In this document: positions 37,861-51,713 of the stretch, in pieces
Numbering within the stretch: the stretch's first letter is position 1
How the letters are laid out: the number at the start of each line of letters is the position of its first letter
From: Carcharhinus amblyrhynchos
Lineage: Eukaryota
DNA: 64,000 bases
Direction: 5' to 3'
Assembly (NCBI GenBank): GCA_965287045.1
Contig: OZ336892.1
Coordinates: 5,146,001-5,210,000 of the forward strand
Notes under the pieces: generated by a model
The model's database searches: none
Seen by the model: the letters and a program-made list of their open reading frames with translations, nothing else
Told to the model about the DNA's origin: nothing
Position numbers and translations under genes: made by a program

Positions 37861-40800
37861 TTTTAATTTTTTCCAGCTTTCTAACTATTTTAATTCTAGT
37901 AAGAAATTTAAATTCAGAAGACAATGTGCAATTACGTATGATAGAATGGGCAATTTGGCTGAGCTGGAGTAACTATGGGAAAAAATCAAAAAGTTTTTAT
38001 ATCTCTTATCCATCTACTTTGGTGAATTAAACTAAATATTAATATAAATCCACTGGGATTTTAAACACTGATATGTTACTGAATAGCCCTTTGAATGCAG
38101 CTCAACACCACCGTATGTGCTCTATAATTATTTGACAAAATAATAAAATGCCTGCCAACTTTGACATTTGTAGAGGAAAATACAAAGATCGTTGATTTTT
38201 TTGAATTCACATTTCCCATTCATGAAAAAGCAATAGTACCTACTCTCCTTGGGAGTTCAGAAAAGTTGTTTCTCCAAATGAGCACTGCACATGTCAGTTT
38301 AATATACCCACAGGAACCAGAGAAACCTGGAAATGATGGGACTGGTCCAGAGATATATAATTTCTGGCATGGATATAGATGTACATTAATAAATCGATTT
38401 AATATACTGGCACATGAGCTTGCAATGTATATGCAGCTGTATGTATTCACCATACGCATTGGCTACTGTGGGTGCATTAAGATGGTACATTACCAAATCA
38501 GATGATAGTTTCTGCTCTATAAATGCATCATAAATAATCCAATAACTGAGGAAATAAACGGCAAAACGAGGCATATAGAGGACTGATTAAAGATTCATTG
38601 ATACGCCGTTGTGTTTAAAGGTTGGGGTTGTCCTTGCTGCTTTTCAAATAAATAAACCTCGGGTAATTAAATAAATATATTCATAATTCCAGAATGCAAA
38701 GAGGTTTGCACAACAAACTCCATCAAAGTGTCAACTGACATGCAACAAAATCTGCTAACTTGATTTCCGTAAAGGTGCATGTGTTTTTATCCATACAGCT
38801 ATAGAAACCTTTCTGATAATGGGATACATTGTCCTTCAAACTTTGGAGCTTAATGTACCAACAGTAACCAAAGAGTTACCTCTAAATACTCAAGCTGACC
38901 CAGAGAAGACATTTATATCATTCAATAACCTGACCATCTGGTGTATTTGGGACGTGATGACTGGGACTACTATCGCCCACAAAGGTTAAATACTGAAAAC
39001 ACGGTGCCTGAATCAAATACTCGGGCTCTTAACAACCAAACCACGGGAAGTTGGCTGTTTACTGAGGACGGTAATCGCCCCCAAACCGTTTTATCCACCC
39101 CCTGGTCGGCAGCCGCTCCGCCTCAGCTCAGGATCTTGATTATTCTAATGGTGTTTTGTGTCAGTTTGGTTCTTGGGAAGATAACAAAATTGTATTTTAA
39201 ATTGCATTTTTATTCATTAGCGGATTTAATTGTAAGTCTCCGTTTAACGCTGAAACATTTCAGTACCATTTCTGTACTCTGTGAAGAATTAATTAATTCT
39301 TCTTAATTTGGAAGAATTAAACCCTCTTCCAAACCAGTCTGTATAACCGTCTAGTTGAGATTTTTAGCTAGAATTGGCCTAACAATCTATGGGTGGGCCT
39401 TTGCGAGTAATAAATTCTCCAGAAAAAAAACTGTTTGGTAAAGAAGGATTTACAAAAAAAATCCAAAAATTAACATCCAGAGAAATTATTCATTTAATAC
39501 GAAATATTTCAACTTCCCGTCAAGAGCTTTATTTCCTATATATGTAGGGTCGCATTTTACAAATGCTGTACATTTGTTTTCTGCTAATTTAAAAATAGTA
39601 GACCGAGTTTTTTTTTACAGTCTTTGTACGTGTTTTCCCACAGTCCAGATAAAACTTTGAACCAAACTTTTCCCTAAACATTGAAGGAAGCACAAAACCA
39701 TGTGAGTAACGCCCTGTGTTGGGTGCCAGTGCCACTGAGTTCTGTGGTGGGCTATCTCGCCAGACCATGATCAATTTTGGGTGAGGATTAATTAGTTTGA
39801 ATAAAAACCTTAGACATTGGACCCGGCCTCCCCCACTGGGCTGTTTGGTGAGCGATTGCGTGGTGGAAGTACGCGGGTATCTTTAGACTGCTGGTTATCT
39901 CACAAAACTGGGCTGTTAATCAGCAGAAAGTACCTGTATATATTTTGATTAAACGTTTGGGTTTAGACTGGAGGAGCGGATAAAGGAACAGTCTCGGAGA
40001 CAATGACCTAGTATAACTGGAGAGAGATTGGCGTTTTATTGTTGGTAGGTATTGGGAGATGCTCGTGGCGCCAGTGACACTATCTCGTCAACAGATAGAG
40101 GGAATAAAGACAAAAGCGGCATCGCACCTTGTTCGATAGAGACGCAGATGACTATCTCCCTCTCACACACTGGCGACGGTGAGATACTCACTCCGGCTCA
40201 GCGACAACCGTCTTGTTTTTAGCAGATCACAGATTCGAAACACGGGGAGGGGAGATTTAATTATCCAGAAATTGTACAATTTCCCTACATCGAATTATAA
40301 AACACCGGGAATAATAAGAGAACAGTTTCCGTGGCCGGGAAATACTAATCCTGACGCTATCACTGCTTCGGTTTCCCGATGTTTCGAGTGGGAAGAATTA
40401 GATTTGACATTAAATTAACGGGTTCATAGAAAGATTGCGGGTTCTCAGAATTGTGATGGTGCTAATGAACTTGTTTTTTTTAAAAAAAGATAAAGATGGA
40501 GCTTTCGGTCCGGATCAGTTATGTGGAGTCACATTGAAAAAGGCAGATGTCAGAATCTTGGGAAAGAATAAAGAATATTTAAACTTTTTCCTTTTCTGAG
40601 ATGGAAGGAGGGTGTGTGTGTGTGTGATTTTCTTTCTCGTTCAGCGAGGTGAGGACACACTCGGGTCAGTTCGATCCCAGACTTGCTCAGATGGAAGAGC
40701 CAGCGACTGGAAGGAGCCGTGACCGAGCAGAGCGCATCTGACCCCCGCTTCGAGTCGGCGGACGCTCCCGGCTCCCTCAAACTGCAAATATATAAAGCTA

Positions 40801-41269
40801 ACCCAATCACCGAAACATCTCAGCGTTTCTCCCCTACTAAGGATCGGCAGATGATTTTTGATTTCCACGCATTCACCGGAGGAGATGGTGGGGGAGGCGG
40901 CAGGACGGGGAGGGGAGGGGCGCTGGTCAAATTTCTTTGCTTAATGCAAAGTGACAGGAGAGGGTGCTTACTGCTGGACGTCAGCAGACTGGCGCCAAGC
41001 GCTCTCGACAAGCCGTGTCCGACTTAATCGGAGGAGATGGTTTTGAGGAACCCTTACATTTCTCACCCCGAGAATCTGCTCTGCCTCTGCCCCTCAAATT
41101 CTCACCTCAGCCCCTCCTTGACATTTTCTCATGGGCATCTCGAGGACCGCCATCCAGATAAACACTCAACTCTAAACAAGCAAATTCACCAAAAGTAATC
41201 GAAAATGTATAGAATTAAAATTAATGCTGTTTCTCCCTCCATTACTCCAGTCTTTACAAACTCCAAAGT

Positions 41270-41672
41270 TAGTTATGGTCTGTATATTAGATATGTTGAG
41301 ATGTATTATGTATTACATATTGGCTTCATAGTGGCAGATGTATTCTATACATCATATAGGCACTGTCAAATGTATTATATACAGGCATTAAAATAGTATC
41401 AGATGTATCATATATTAAATAAGCATCAAGGCGCTGTTAAATGTACCGTGTATGTTGTATAGGCAATAAGATGGTGTCAGATATATTCTATAGGCATTAA
41501 GGCACAGTCACATGCATCATATATGTTGCATAGGCAATAAGATGTCAGAAATATATATAGCACGTAGGCATTAAGGCACAGCGTCAGATGTATTCTGTAT
41601 ATTATGTAGGCATTAAGGCACGGTGTCAGATGTATTCTATATATTACATAGGCATTAACACAGTGTCAGATG
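41270..41672 (+). repeat. About 40-42-bp minisatellite 1.5-1.9 kb upstream of the TBX2 ATG
   Basis: Unit GTCAGATGTATTCTATATATTACATAGGCATTAAGGCACAGT; GTCAG recurs at 41583, 41625 and 41665, degenerating leftwards. Confidence 0.88.
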
Positions 41673-42739
41673 TTGGGTTTACTGGCGCGTCCCGCTCGGC
41701 GCTTTTCCCACGACTCGCAGAGCGCTGAAGCGTTTGGGCAACTTGCTGTTTGTAAAATTAAAAAGGGCAACGTCCTTATTTTCGCTGCCAGGGCTGCTTC
41801 TGCGGACCCGGACACATATAAAGATAACTCGAGTCAAAGCGAGGAACAATACCCCTTCCCTCCCACCTCCGCCCCCAAACAAAATCACTGGTCTGCTTTA
41901 GAATTTAAGGTCGCGCTTTATTTCCCAATAACTTTATCTCAAATCCTAATTACGCCATCTGGTGGGGCCCACCGCGATGAAAAAAAAAGTCTATTTTCCC
42001 CTGAGCTGGTGATTTTACGAGTAAAAGGATCGTGGGTGTATAAAAACAGCAGAAATATAGACTGAGATGTTTGCCTTTGCAAACTTTAGTGTTTTAAATA
42101 AAAATATTGTGGGTGCTTCAGGCTAGTGCCGTCGATGTGTGATCTTGATGAAAAAAAGGAAATGAACCCAAACTTGAGTTTCTTTTTTTTTAACTTTATA
42201 AAGTGTTGAAGCTGTGTGCTCGGTACCTGCCCATTTACAGCAGAGTGGAGGCGAATAATTATTAAAATCGGCGCTCGAAACGGAATTGTAGGACTTTTCT
42301 AACCGAGTCCTCCAATTCTTTCCACTTGCCTACACATGGTTACAATATAATAGCCCATTTACACCCACACACGGGTATAAAAACAATAGGATTCTAAATA
42401 AGTAACATAAAATATCTAAAATGAGAAATGCAGTCTTCTTTTTAAGTAAATGTACCCATTCTGGAGTAACAGACAAATCTAGGACTTGTCATTCCTCTCC
42501 AGCTCCCTTTATATTACCTTTCATACAAGTTCACATAGATACTTATCTCGATGTTGTTACCTGTGGGTTTTTGGAGGTTTTAGCGGCTCCAGGTGTTTTG
42601 CGGTTCGCCGTGGAGTCTCTGTCCGGGACCAGGCACTCTTAATCCGGGACGCGGGGAGGATGGAGACCGCTTGTGGGGGGCGGGGGGGGGGGGCGAGGTG
42701 CGGAGGGGGGGGAGGGAGAAGGACAGGGGGGGAAAAATG

Positions 42740-42960
42740 CCTTCTGTCATTGGTTAATATTTAATTTTGTTGACATGTTTTCAAAGAGCGATTCCAGTGA
42801 TGCTTACTGTACGTTGAAGCTTCCGACACCTTTTTCCCCACCCCTCCTCTCTCTTAACTCATCCATCCTGGCCTCATTGTCAAAACCCCGCCTTTCCAGC
42901 CTCACAATTGGTCAGGACGCGTAAAATCACCAATCAACGGGGCGGCTCATTAGCAGGACT
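42740..42960 (+). promoter_or_regulatory. TBX2 proximal promoter (CCAAT boxes, GC boxes, CpG-rich)
   Basis: ATTGG at about 42749 and 42907-42911, CCAAT at 42930-42934, CCCCGCC at about 42886 and GGGGCGG at about 42939. It lies 220-440 nt upstream of the ATG. The block resembles the mammalian TBX2 promoter as I recall it (not aligned). Confidence 0.75.
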
Positions 42961-42991
42961 GAGGCGAAGGGAGATCACTGCAGGACGGATC

Positions 42992-43050
42992 TGTGTGTGT
43001 GTGTGTATGTGTGTGTGTGTGTGAGAGAGAGACAGACTCACACACACAGA
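42992..43050. repeat. (GT)n(GA)n and (CA)n microsatellites in the probable 5' UTR
   Basis: Directly visible, between the promoter boxes and the ATG. Confidence 0.9.
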
Positions 43051-43180
43051 GATTGCCGATCTGTACTTGTTCTTCAAGGAGATGGTGTAAGGGAAGATCC
43101 GGCGAGAGCGCTTCCAACAGAAATCTTCTCCCCACCCTCTTCCCCCCAACCCCCTCTCTTTTTTTTTACCGGATGCACCG

Positions 43181-43554
43181 ATGAGAGAACCAGTTTTAGC
43201 GGCGACTATCATGGCTTATCATCCGTTCCACGCTCACCGGGCCGCGGATTTCCCCATGAGCACGTTCTTGGCCGCCCAGCCTTCCTTCTTCCCCGCCCTG
43301 GCTCTTCCGCCGAGCGGGGCGGCTGCTCTCTCGCTGCCCGGAGCTCTGGGCAAACCGTTGACGGACCCCAACATCGCCGAGGCGGGGATCCGCGTCTCCA
43401 CCCTGGGACACCAGTCGGCACACCTGCGGCCCCTCAAGAGCCTGGAACCGGAGGATGAAGTCGAGGACGATCCCAAAGTGAACCTGGAAGCTAAGGATCT
43501 GTGGGACCAGTTCCACAAAGTCGGCACCGAAATGGTTATTACGAAGTCTGGGAG
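43181..43554 (+). CDS. TBX2: T-box transcription factor TBX2, coding exon 1
   Basis: Translation [38 protein letters not shown]...[30 protein letters not shown] is the TBX2 N-terminus and start of the T-box. Donor AG|GTACGC at 43555; 374 nt, ends in phase 2. Confidence 0.96.
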
Positions 43555-44633
43555 GTACGCATCTCGCTGAAGACAGTCCCCAGTTCATGCGAGCAGTGTT
43601 TGCCACATTCTTATTATTGCTTTAACTTCCTCAACTCGTTTGTGTATCTTTCTTGTCTTTTTTAAAAAAAACACACAAAACTGCAATTAAGAATCAGTCA
43701 TCTGTTAAATGATTTCTAGCGAATTTGTGAAGTCCTTAAGAGAGGCCAGTTGACAAGATGCCAAAGGCAGAATTGGATCTGCCCGTGAAATGCGAGCGCT
43801 TTAATACGAAAAGGGCTGAATGGTAACTCCTTAAGGTTGTGTTTTCTGCTGGAGATTCGGATTCATGTCTCTATATTTCGAGTCCGTAGAAAAAGGCCGG
43901 GCAAAGCTTGTCGACATTTTCGTCGCCTTGCAATCAGTTTAAAATGAAATGTATTAGTTTCCATCTCAGTCTTTCTGTTTCGGTAACACAACTTCCGAAA
44001 ACGTCTCTTTTTTAAAATTATAACTATCGCTCCGCGGCAAACTGCAATGCCCTCTTTTTTATGTGTGTGGAAGGAATCCTACTTTGGCCCCTTAGTTCTC
44101 CCTCGCGCTGTCTGTCTCGCTACAGAAGTTTGGGAGTTGGAAGCGATAGGTCTGTTGCTAATTATAACCTTTGATAGTAATCGGCCGATGTCTCTTCGCT
44201 GGAAAGGGGGCAGAACAGGGCGCAAAATAAAATAGAAATCCGTTCCCTGCAATGAGATTTTACAACTTTATAAAGTGATCAAACTTTGCGTCAGTTGAGG
44301 GGGGTGGGGGTGGGGGTGGGGGGAGACCTGTCCCCGCTTACTCATTTGATCAGAATGAATCTTGTTCATTCTCCAATTCCAATCCGGGATAACCGAAATG
44401 TGATGTGAATTAGGGAAATTAGAAATATTATATCTTTGGCTAAAATATGATTTGAGGAATAACATGGAAGGAATCTCAGTTTAGAGATAAAAAGAAAGTC
44501 TTGTTTGAGAAACCATTAAGAATTTAGTGCAATGCTGAGCTGGGCGAGAATAATATTTCCAACTGCACCATTTGTCGTTTTTTTGACTGATAAATTATTT
44601 TTCTCACTATTAGCACTTGTCCCCGTGTATTAA

Positions 44634-44972
<339 letters not shown>

Positions 44973-47250
44973 TGACTGTCCTTTTTTTAAAATTTTAGTA
45001 AGTATTCGGGGGAGGGAAGTCCTTCTGCTTGCCATTGTTAATGATCTTGTCATGTTGCTAAATTTCCTTTGTGTCGGTGAGTATATCCTTGGCCCAGTTC
45101 CTGGGAATAGACTTCAAAAATAACTGCCCTGTGAGGGATTTGTTAGGGATTTGGGAAAATTGACTCGCCCGTTGGGCGAGCAAGTCTCTGGGAAAATAAA
45201 TAATGTGCATTAAAGGCTGCAGAAATACTAGGCCACTTTTCCAGTACCGGTGCCTATAAACTGCAGCAGAAAGATTAACCTTAATTATCCTGTATAAGAT
45301 TGATACGTGTCCATTAATATAATATTTGTAGAACACATTAAGCCCAAATCCCCTCGAAAACAGTACAGTGATCATTTTACTTTGGAATCAAAATGGTTTA
45401 GGGTTAAGATAAAGGCAAATCAGGTCAAAAGTCTGCTGGATATACACCTCTGAATTCTGCTGACCTCCAGTGTACGCGCCCCTGTTACAGGAGAATCCTT
45501 TGAAACAAGGAGCCCAGGCCATCAGATTTATTTATTATCCCAGGAGTGAGTTTGGGCGCAAATTGTACTAAAGGCCGAAGGACGTTAATAATCTGCGGTA
45601 GATACTGGGCCGAGGTTAAGAATTTTATAAATATGCCTTTATATATTACTATTAGACGCCTTTGTTTTTTTCTCTCGCTGTTTTCTAACGCGGGGTCAGG
45701 CTGAAGTGTGTTAATGGTATGAGTTGTGAAAAGCAGGTCAGGCTTTGTGGCGTCAGGGAGGAGAGAGAGAGAGAAGAGCAGAGAGTGCTGGCTAGTCCGA
45801 AAGAGCCTGACTGCTGAAAGGACAGTCTCTTTCTGCAGCCAGTGGAACTCGGGAAGAATCACTCCAGCAGTGATGTTTTAGAGGTGGACAGGGGCCAATG
45901 GAGAACAATTTGGGACCATTTATTTGCGAGGGGGAAATACATGTTTTTAATGCAGTGTCTGGGAAACTTGATTGAAGGTTGGAGGAATAGCACTGGAGGT
46001 AAAAGCAGCCATTATATGCAGCTTGCAGAAAGCGCCCTGAAGCACAGAGCATTCGACCTAGATCAGCAAGCGTGAAAAAAGAACGCCGCTCGCTTTTACT
46101 AACAATATACTCAAAATTAGAATAAAAAGTGAAGACAGGGGTTACAGTCAGACCCATCAGGAGATGAGAAAAATGGCCAGGTTCAATGGGCTGTTTACAA
46201 TCTTTTGTGTGATTAGATTGCAAACGCCATTGACATTATTAATAAATAATAGAAGCTGATATTCATTTTTGAAATGTGTATCTCGGATATCTCCAGGCTG
46301 AAGACTGTAGTCTAACGTTGGAGGAATTGTAGCTGGGAACAGTTCAGAGGAATTTTCAGAGACTCAGTGGTTTGTCTGGCTGATCTAAGCTTTTGAGTGG
46401 CTTGGCTCTCGTTTATTTGCACGCCTGAGCGAGGAAGCACTGTAACATTTTATATTATATAAAGGCAAATGACGCATCAATGCCCAGATCCAGTGTCTAT
46501 CTTTTATGTGTCAGAGACAATGCCTCAGTTTCGCTTTCAGCGTGTCCCAGGATATTTGGAAATAAATGTCAGGGTGATTTTTCTTCCCCTCTCGGTGTTC
46601 TTTTCAAACAGATTCTCATCCGCGAACCCCGTCAGTGATGTGTTTTAATAATAATAAAAACATCGTTTAAAAAAAATGAATCTAGCCGGGGAAATGGGGG
46701 AGGCGATCGAAGTCACATTACAGCAGGAAACTGGTGACCTCAACATTCCATGTCTGTAATTCGGGTCAAGATCAAACATTTCAAAGCACCTCCAGCCCTG
46801 AAGAGGCCGTTTGGAATTCCCATTTCTAAAGTAAAATAAAAATAAATTGGGTTTTTTTTTACTGTTTAATATCATTCGGTTGTAAGACGCAAGTTAGAAG
46901 TAGAATGTATTGTATAATTAATCTTATGCATTTATTGAATGTACTATTTATATTTATCTACTCATGTGCACGCCGCGGTTCCTATTCAATGCACGCAGCA
47001 ATGTTTGCTCTTAACAAGCAGGGCAGATTAACCTTTCGATTTTTGCGTGTGTACTGAATTATTGCTAAACTACATTGGGGCAAGATGCAGGTTCACTTTC
47101 CCCTGTATGAGGAAGGTGGAGGGGTGGGGGGAAGAGAATCACCAGAACTGACCTGTTTTTCACTGATTCCTGGTCCCAGATCTAGGAGGCAAACCGCGGG
47201 CTGCCCTTCTGTAGAATTAACCTGAGTGTTGTTCCCCTTTTTTTCCTTAG

Positions 47251-47481
<231 letters not shown>

Positions 47482-49188
47482 TAACCGTCCCGCCATATTA
47501 ATGGTTTACTTCATTCATTCAAATGTTTGGAGATAGTTTGGAGATAGCCGTGACAGCATTTCCAAATAAACATTTCAATGCAGTCAAATGCTGCACTGAA
47601 TTCAAAGCAACATTATTTGGCGGGCGGCCGAGGTGTCCCTGAATACAAACAGCAGAGAGAATCGGTGCCTTACACTCCTGATAATTACAAGCTGCATTTT
47701 GAAGTGGGGACTCGTGTTTTAAAAGTGATAACACGCGTAGAGAGGTTTTCTTTACAAAATGATATTGAGGGAAAATGGAATGATTTGCAGCAGGACAAGG
47801 ATACGCACGGAAGTATAAAAGTGCTTTTAAAGAATGCTTGGTTAAATAATGAAATCTTTGCACCAGACGCGGGGAGATCGCGCAAGGAAGTTAGTAACCC
47901 TCAGCCTGGCCTGTGGGGGAGGGCAGCGAGGAGTGGTTAAAGTTTAGATACACGGGGACTTTATCTGCCGTGTAAAAGGCACTGAAGCAAAATCTAGATG
48001 GAAACAGGTTCCATCCAGGTATTAGATTGTAGGTAAGACCTTGGTGATAATCCAGCGTTAGGTCGCGATCATCGCATTCCTGCAAGCATCTCTCTGTTGC
48101 CTGATACTTTGGGTCAAGGTGGGCCGGGAGGCGGGGGTGGGGGCGGGGGGAGGGGGAGAGTTGTTTATCAACGTTTAACACTTTACAGTGAGAATCCAAA
48201 TCGATCACTGAATATTCTGATCGAAGCGGAACCGGGGCGCTACTGATTTTGGCTGACTACCAGACACAACGTTGAAAGATAAAATTAAAGATACAGTCAG
48301 GAGGATATTGTGGCAAACCTACTCCCTTTTAATTATGAAAATAATTATTTTATTTAATATTGTTGCCCAAATAAGCAAATTGACCCAATTAACAAAGAGG
48401 CTTGATTCCACTTGGACTGGTGAGATTTCAGGTGTTTAATCCTGGAGTGCTGTGCCTCCTTTAAATACGCTAGCTTTCTCTTGCAAAGCGTGGCTGATGA
48501 ATAATGGATACAGCACAGCAAGGGAGGCAGACTTGTCGGTTAGCTGATATCATATACCATCATTTGTATGAAGTATTCATAACCCGATCACGTAACTATG
48601 CTGTTAAAAACCTTTTTAGGAGCGCTCCATAACCTTCTTATTGGCAAGTAAGATTAAATATCTCAACGCCACACGGAGAGAAGTCCTGATTTATCCAACA
48701 CTGACTCAACGCATCTCTTTGAATTTGTCTTGTTAACAGAGATGCGGCAAGGACAATGGAGAACCAGTATCACTCATTTGTCTCCGCCTTTATACAAGGA
48801 AAGGGAGGGGCAGTTGGATTATTTAATATCTTTTCATATCTTGATATTCAAATCAAACATTTTGGCTGAGTGTATTCATAGAATTTGTATCGAATTTCAT
48901 TCACACCTGGCCTCAGATTGTATCAAAGAATCCTCGCAGACGAATGGAAGGCAATAAAACTGCGGGTGTAGTTAAAGACTGTAGGTTGTTCCAAAGCTCA
49001 AAGCAGCTCGCTTGTAATGTCGAAAACATTATCAAAAAGAAACATTATCCACTAATTTGCACATGACCGTCTCTCATAAACACAGAGGGATAAATACTGG
49101 CCAGAACACAGTTCAGTAACATTAAGTCATCTTGTATTTTTTTGCCTAGTCCCTCAATTTCATTTTGCTTTGCTGCTCCCACAATTAA

Positions 49189-49341
<153 letters not shown>

Positions 49342-49752
49342 TAAAATCATTCAACAGCCGACTCAGAGCATTTAGAAATAATTTCTTAAGGGAAGAGAGA
49401 TGGTGTTCTCCCTTTACCCTGGGTGATTTCCCATCTGGATAGTTCTCAAAGTGAATTGCGCCGGCACAGACGGGCGGAATAGATGGGAACCTCGCCGTTG
49501 AATGTGCGGGTTAACAGTGTGCACCTCCTGGCGGCCAGTAACGGGATGGCACCAGAGATTGTTGGGAATATTGGGTGGGGAGAGAGGGCTGTTTTGTTTT
49601 AATTTTAACTTTTAATATCTTCATATCGTAATTTTACTCTGATTTATATTTAAAGGCAGGAATTAAAACGTGTCATTTCTCAAACAATAACAGTTTAACG
49701 CCCGCCACCGGTCTCATTGTAATGCTGTTAGGAACGAATGTTTGATTTTCAG

Positions 49753-49922
49753 AAAACAGCTTTCTCTCCCCTCCTTGCGGGTTTACGAAGATCATTGCAA
49801 AGGTGACCGAGATGGTGGCGATTCTGACGCCTCCTCCAGCGACCAGCCGCCGGCCAGGGAGTCTCTGCGCTCGCCCTTAGTTGTGGACCCCGTTTCTCTG
49901 CAATTCAGCCAAGCATCCAAAG
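49753..49922 (+). CDS. TBX2: TBX2 coding exon 5
   Basis: ttttcag|A AAA CAG...; KQLSLPSLRVYEDHCKGDRDGGDSDASSSDQPPARESLRSPLVVDPVSLQFSQASK; donor G|GTGAGA; 170 nt, phase 2 to 1. Confidence 0.93.
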
Positions 49923-50234
49923 GTGAGAGATAGGGAGGGAGGGGCTGGGAGCGGGAGGGAGGCGGCAGGGTCTGATCCCAATCCAGAGATCAAGGGCGAG
50001 CGGTTTGTTGACCGCTTGGCGCCCCCCAGGTAAACCACGGGGCCAGTGGCTTAACCTTTAAAGCTTTGCTGCCATTATTTGCTCCAGTAAATTCTAATAA
50101 ATGAGGGCAGGAGACACCGAAACACGGGAAAAGATCAACTTTTAAAAGAGCTAAAAGACTTAATGAATATAAAATCAGTACATTACCCCGAAACTCAATA
50201 GGAACTCTTTAAACCAAGTAAATAACTCTCTGCT

Positions 50235-50510
50235 ACTTCTGGGGAATGTATTTCGAGATAAGAGGAGAAACTTTTTGCAGAGAGGGTGGTGAATTTGTGG
50301 AACTCGCTGCCCCATAACATTGTGGAGTCTGATTTGTTGAACGGGATCAAGAGGGAAATAAATATACTTCTAATAAAAAAGGGGCTAAGAGGGATATGGG
50401 GAACAGGTGGGGAGCTGGATTTGAGACCAGGGCGTGATCAGCCATGATCTGACTGAATGGCGGAGCAGGGCTCGAATTTACCTACTGCTGCTCCTCATTC
50501 CCATGTTCCT
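50235..50510 (+). mobile_element. CR1 3' fragment in TBX2 intron 5
   Basis: GAGGAGAAACTTTTTGCAGAGAGGGTGGTGAATTTGTGGAACTCGCTGCC...GATCAGCCATGATCT...GAATGGCGGAGCAGG. Confidence 0.85.
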
Positions 50511-51713
50511 CAGAGTTTTAAAGTTGGATTCCGTGGCTATTCCACATTAAGTATTATTCCCTAATTACTTCAGGACGGGGGTTTGTGTTAAAATAATATA
50601 TACACAGGGAGAGATTAATGGATGTTGGTGATTTAAAAATGTACACTACAGACGTTATAGGTGAGAGAAGGACAATTTAGTTTGAGTAATAAGTCATTGT
50701 TACTGGTGAAAACGACACGAGAACCCTCGAGTGTAAATGTATGTGTGTTCTATTTACATTGAAACATAAATGATCATGGATAAGGGGTGTAAGCATTTCT
50801 TAAACTGAAGACTAGTGAATCCACGGTTTATGTTGTTGGCTGAGAGGCGTTGAACCCATTGCTGATTCCAGCCTCTGAATTGGAGTTTAACGTTACAGCC
50901 GTGTTGCTAATATTAATTGTTAGTTCCAGATTGGTGAAACATCTTTATTAATGGTTCAGACTATTTTCCTCTAAAATGTCATTCTACCCAGTGTTATTTT
51001 AAAAAGAAACACAACGCAAGCAAATAATTGTACTTAACCCGTTAGGAAAATCGATCGCTGGGTTTTGCATGTGCAGTGTCAATTCAAAAATTATCTGCCT
51101 TTCAGCCAATGTTTTAATTACATGCTTAAGGCACACATTTCATAAAAGCAGGATGTTGTTTGCATGTGTAATTCTGAAGTCCCCTGGTGCAGACATTGGT
51201 GACCTGATTACAGAAACCAACCTTCAGTGTAATATTTCCAAATAAGACTCAGGTATATAATTGACATCAGTTGCCATTCATACACAGCGTTTCCCTTCCT
51301 GGTTTTACTAATCTAGATAAGAGTTATTGTAGAAACAGTGTTAGGAACTGGATTCTCCAAGGAATCAAAGACTGAAATAAAGACCATCAAAAAGGGGAAA
51401 TAGTATTGAGAAAATATGAAAAAACTGGATTTATTTTAGCACATTTTTGTTAAATGTTAATATGAGTAATTTTAAGTCGAGAGGGATATGTATCATTTGA
51501 TTTACTGCGGGCGTAGATGAACTAATTTTGTCATATTCTGAATTGAGTTTTTAATGTATTTGCGTTTTTTGAGCGAGATATATGAAATATTATAACTCAT
51601 ATTTAAATATGCACCGACTCTCTAATCTGTGAGTGACTGAATGCTGAATTCTTTTGTGTTATTGATGCTTCTTCAAAGTTATGTTTATACTTGATTTACT
51701 CCTATCTCTTCAG

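Noticed and set aside
42934-43606. Alternative-frame and antisense ORFs over TBX2 exon 1 (likewise over exons 2, 6 and 7)
   Set aside because: By-products of GC-rich coding sequence with no recognisable protein features.
47190-47250. TBX3-style +2a extension of exon 3
   Set aside because: The nearest upstream AG (about 47214) is followed by an in-frame TAA and is weaker than the main acceptor.
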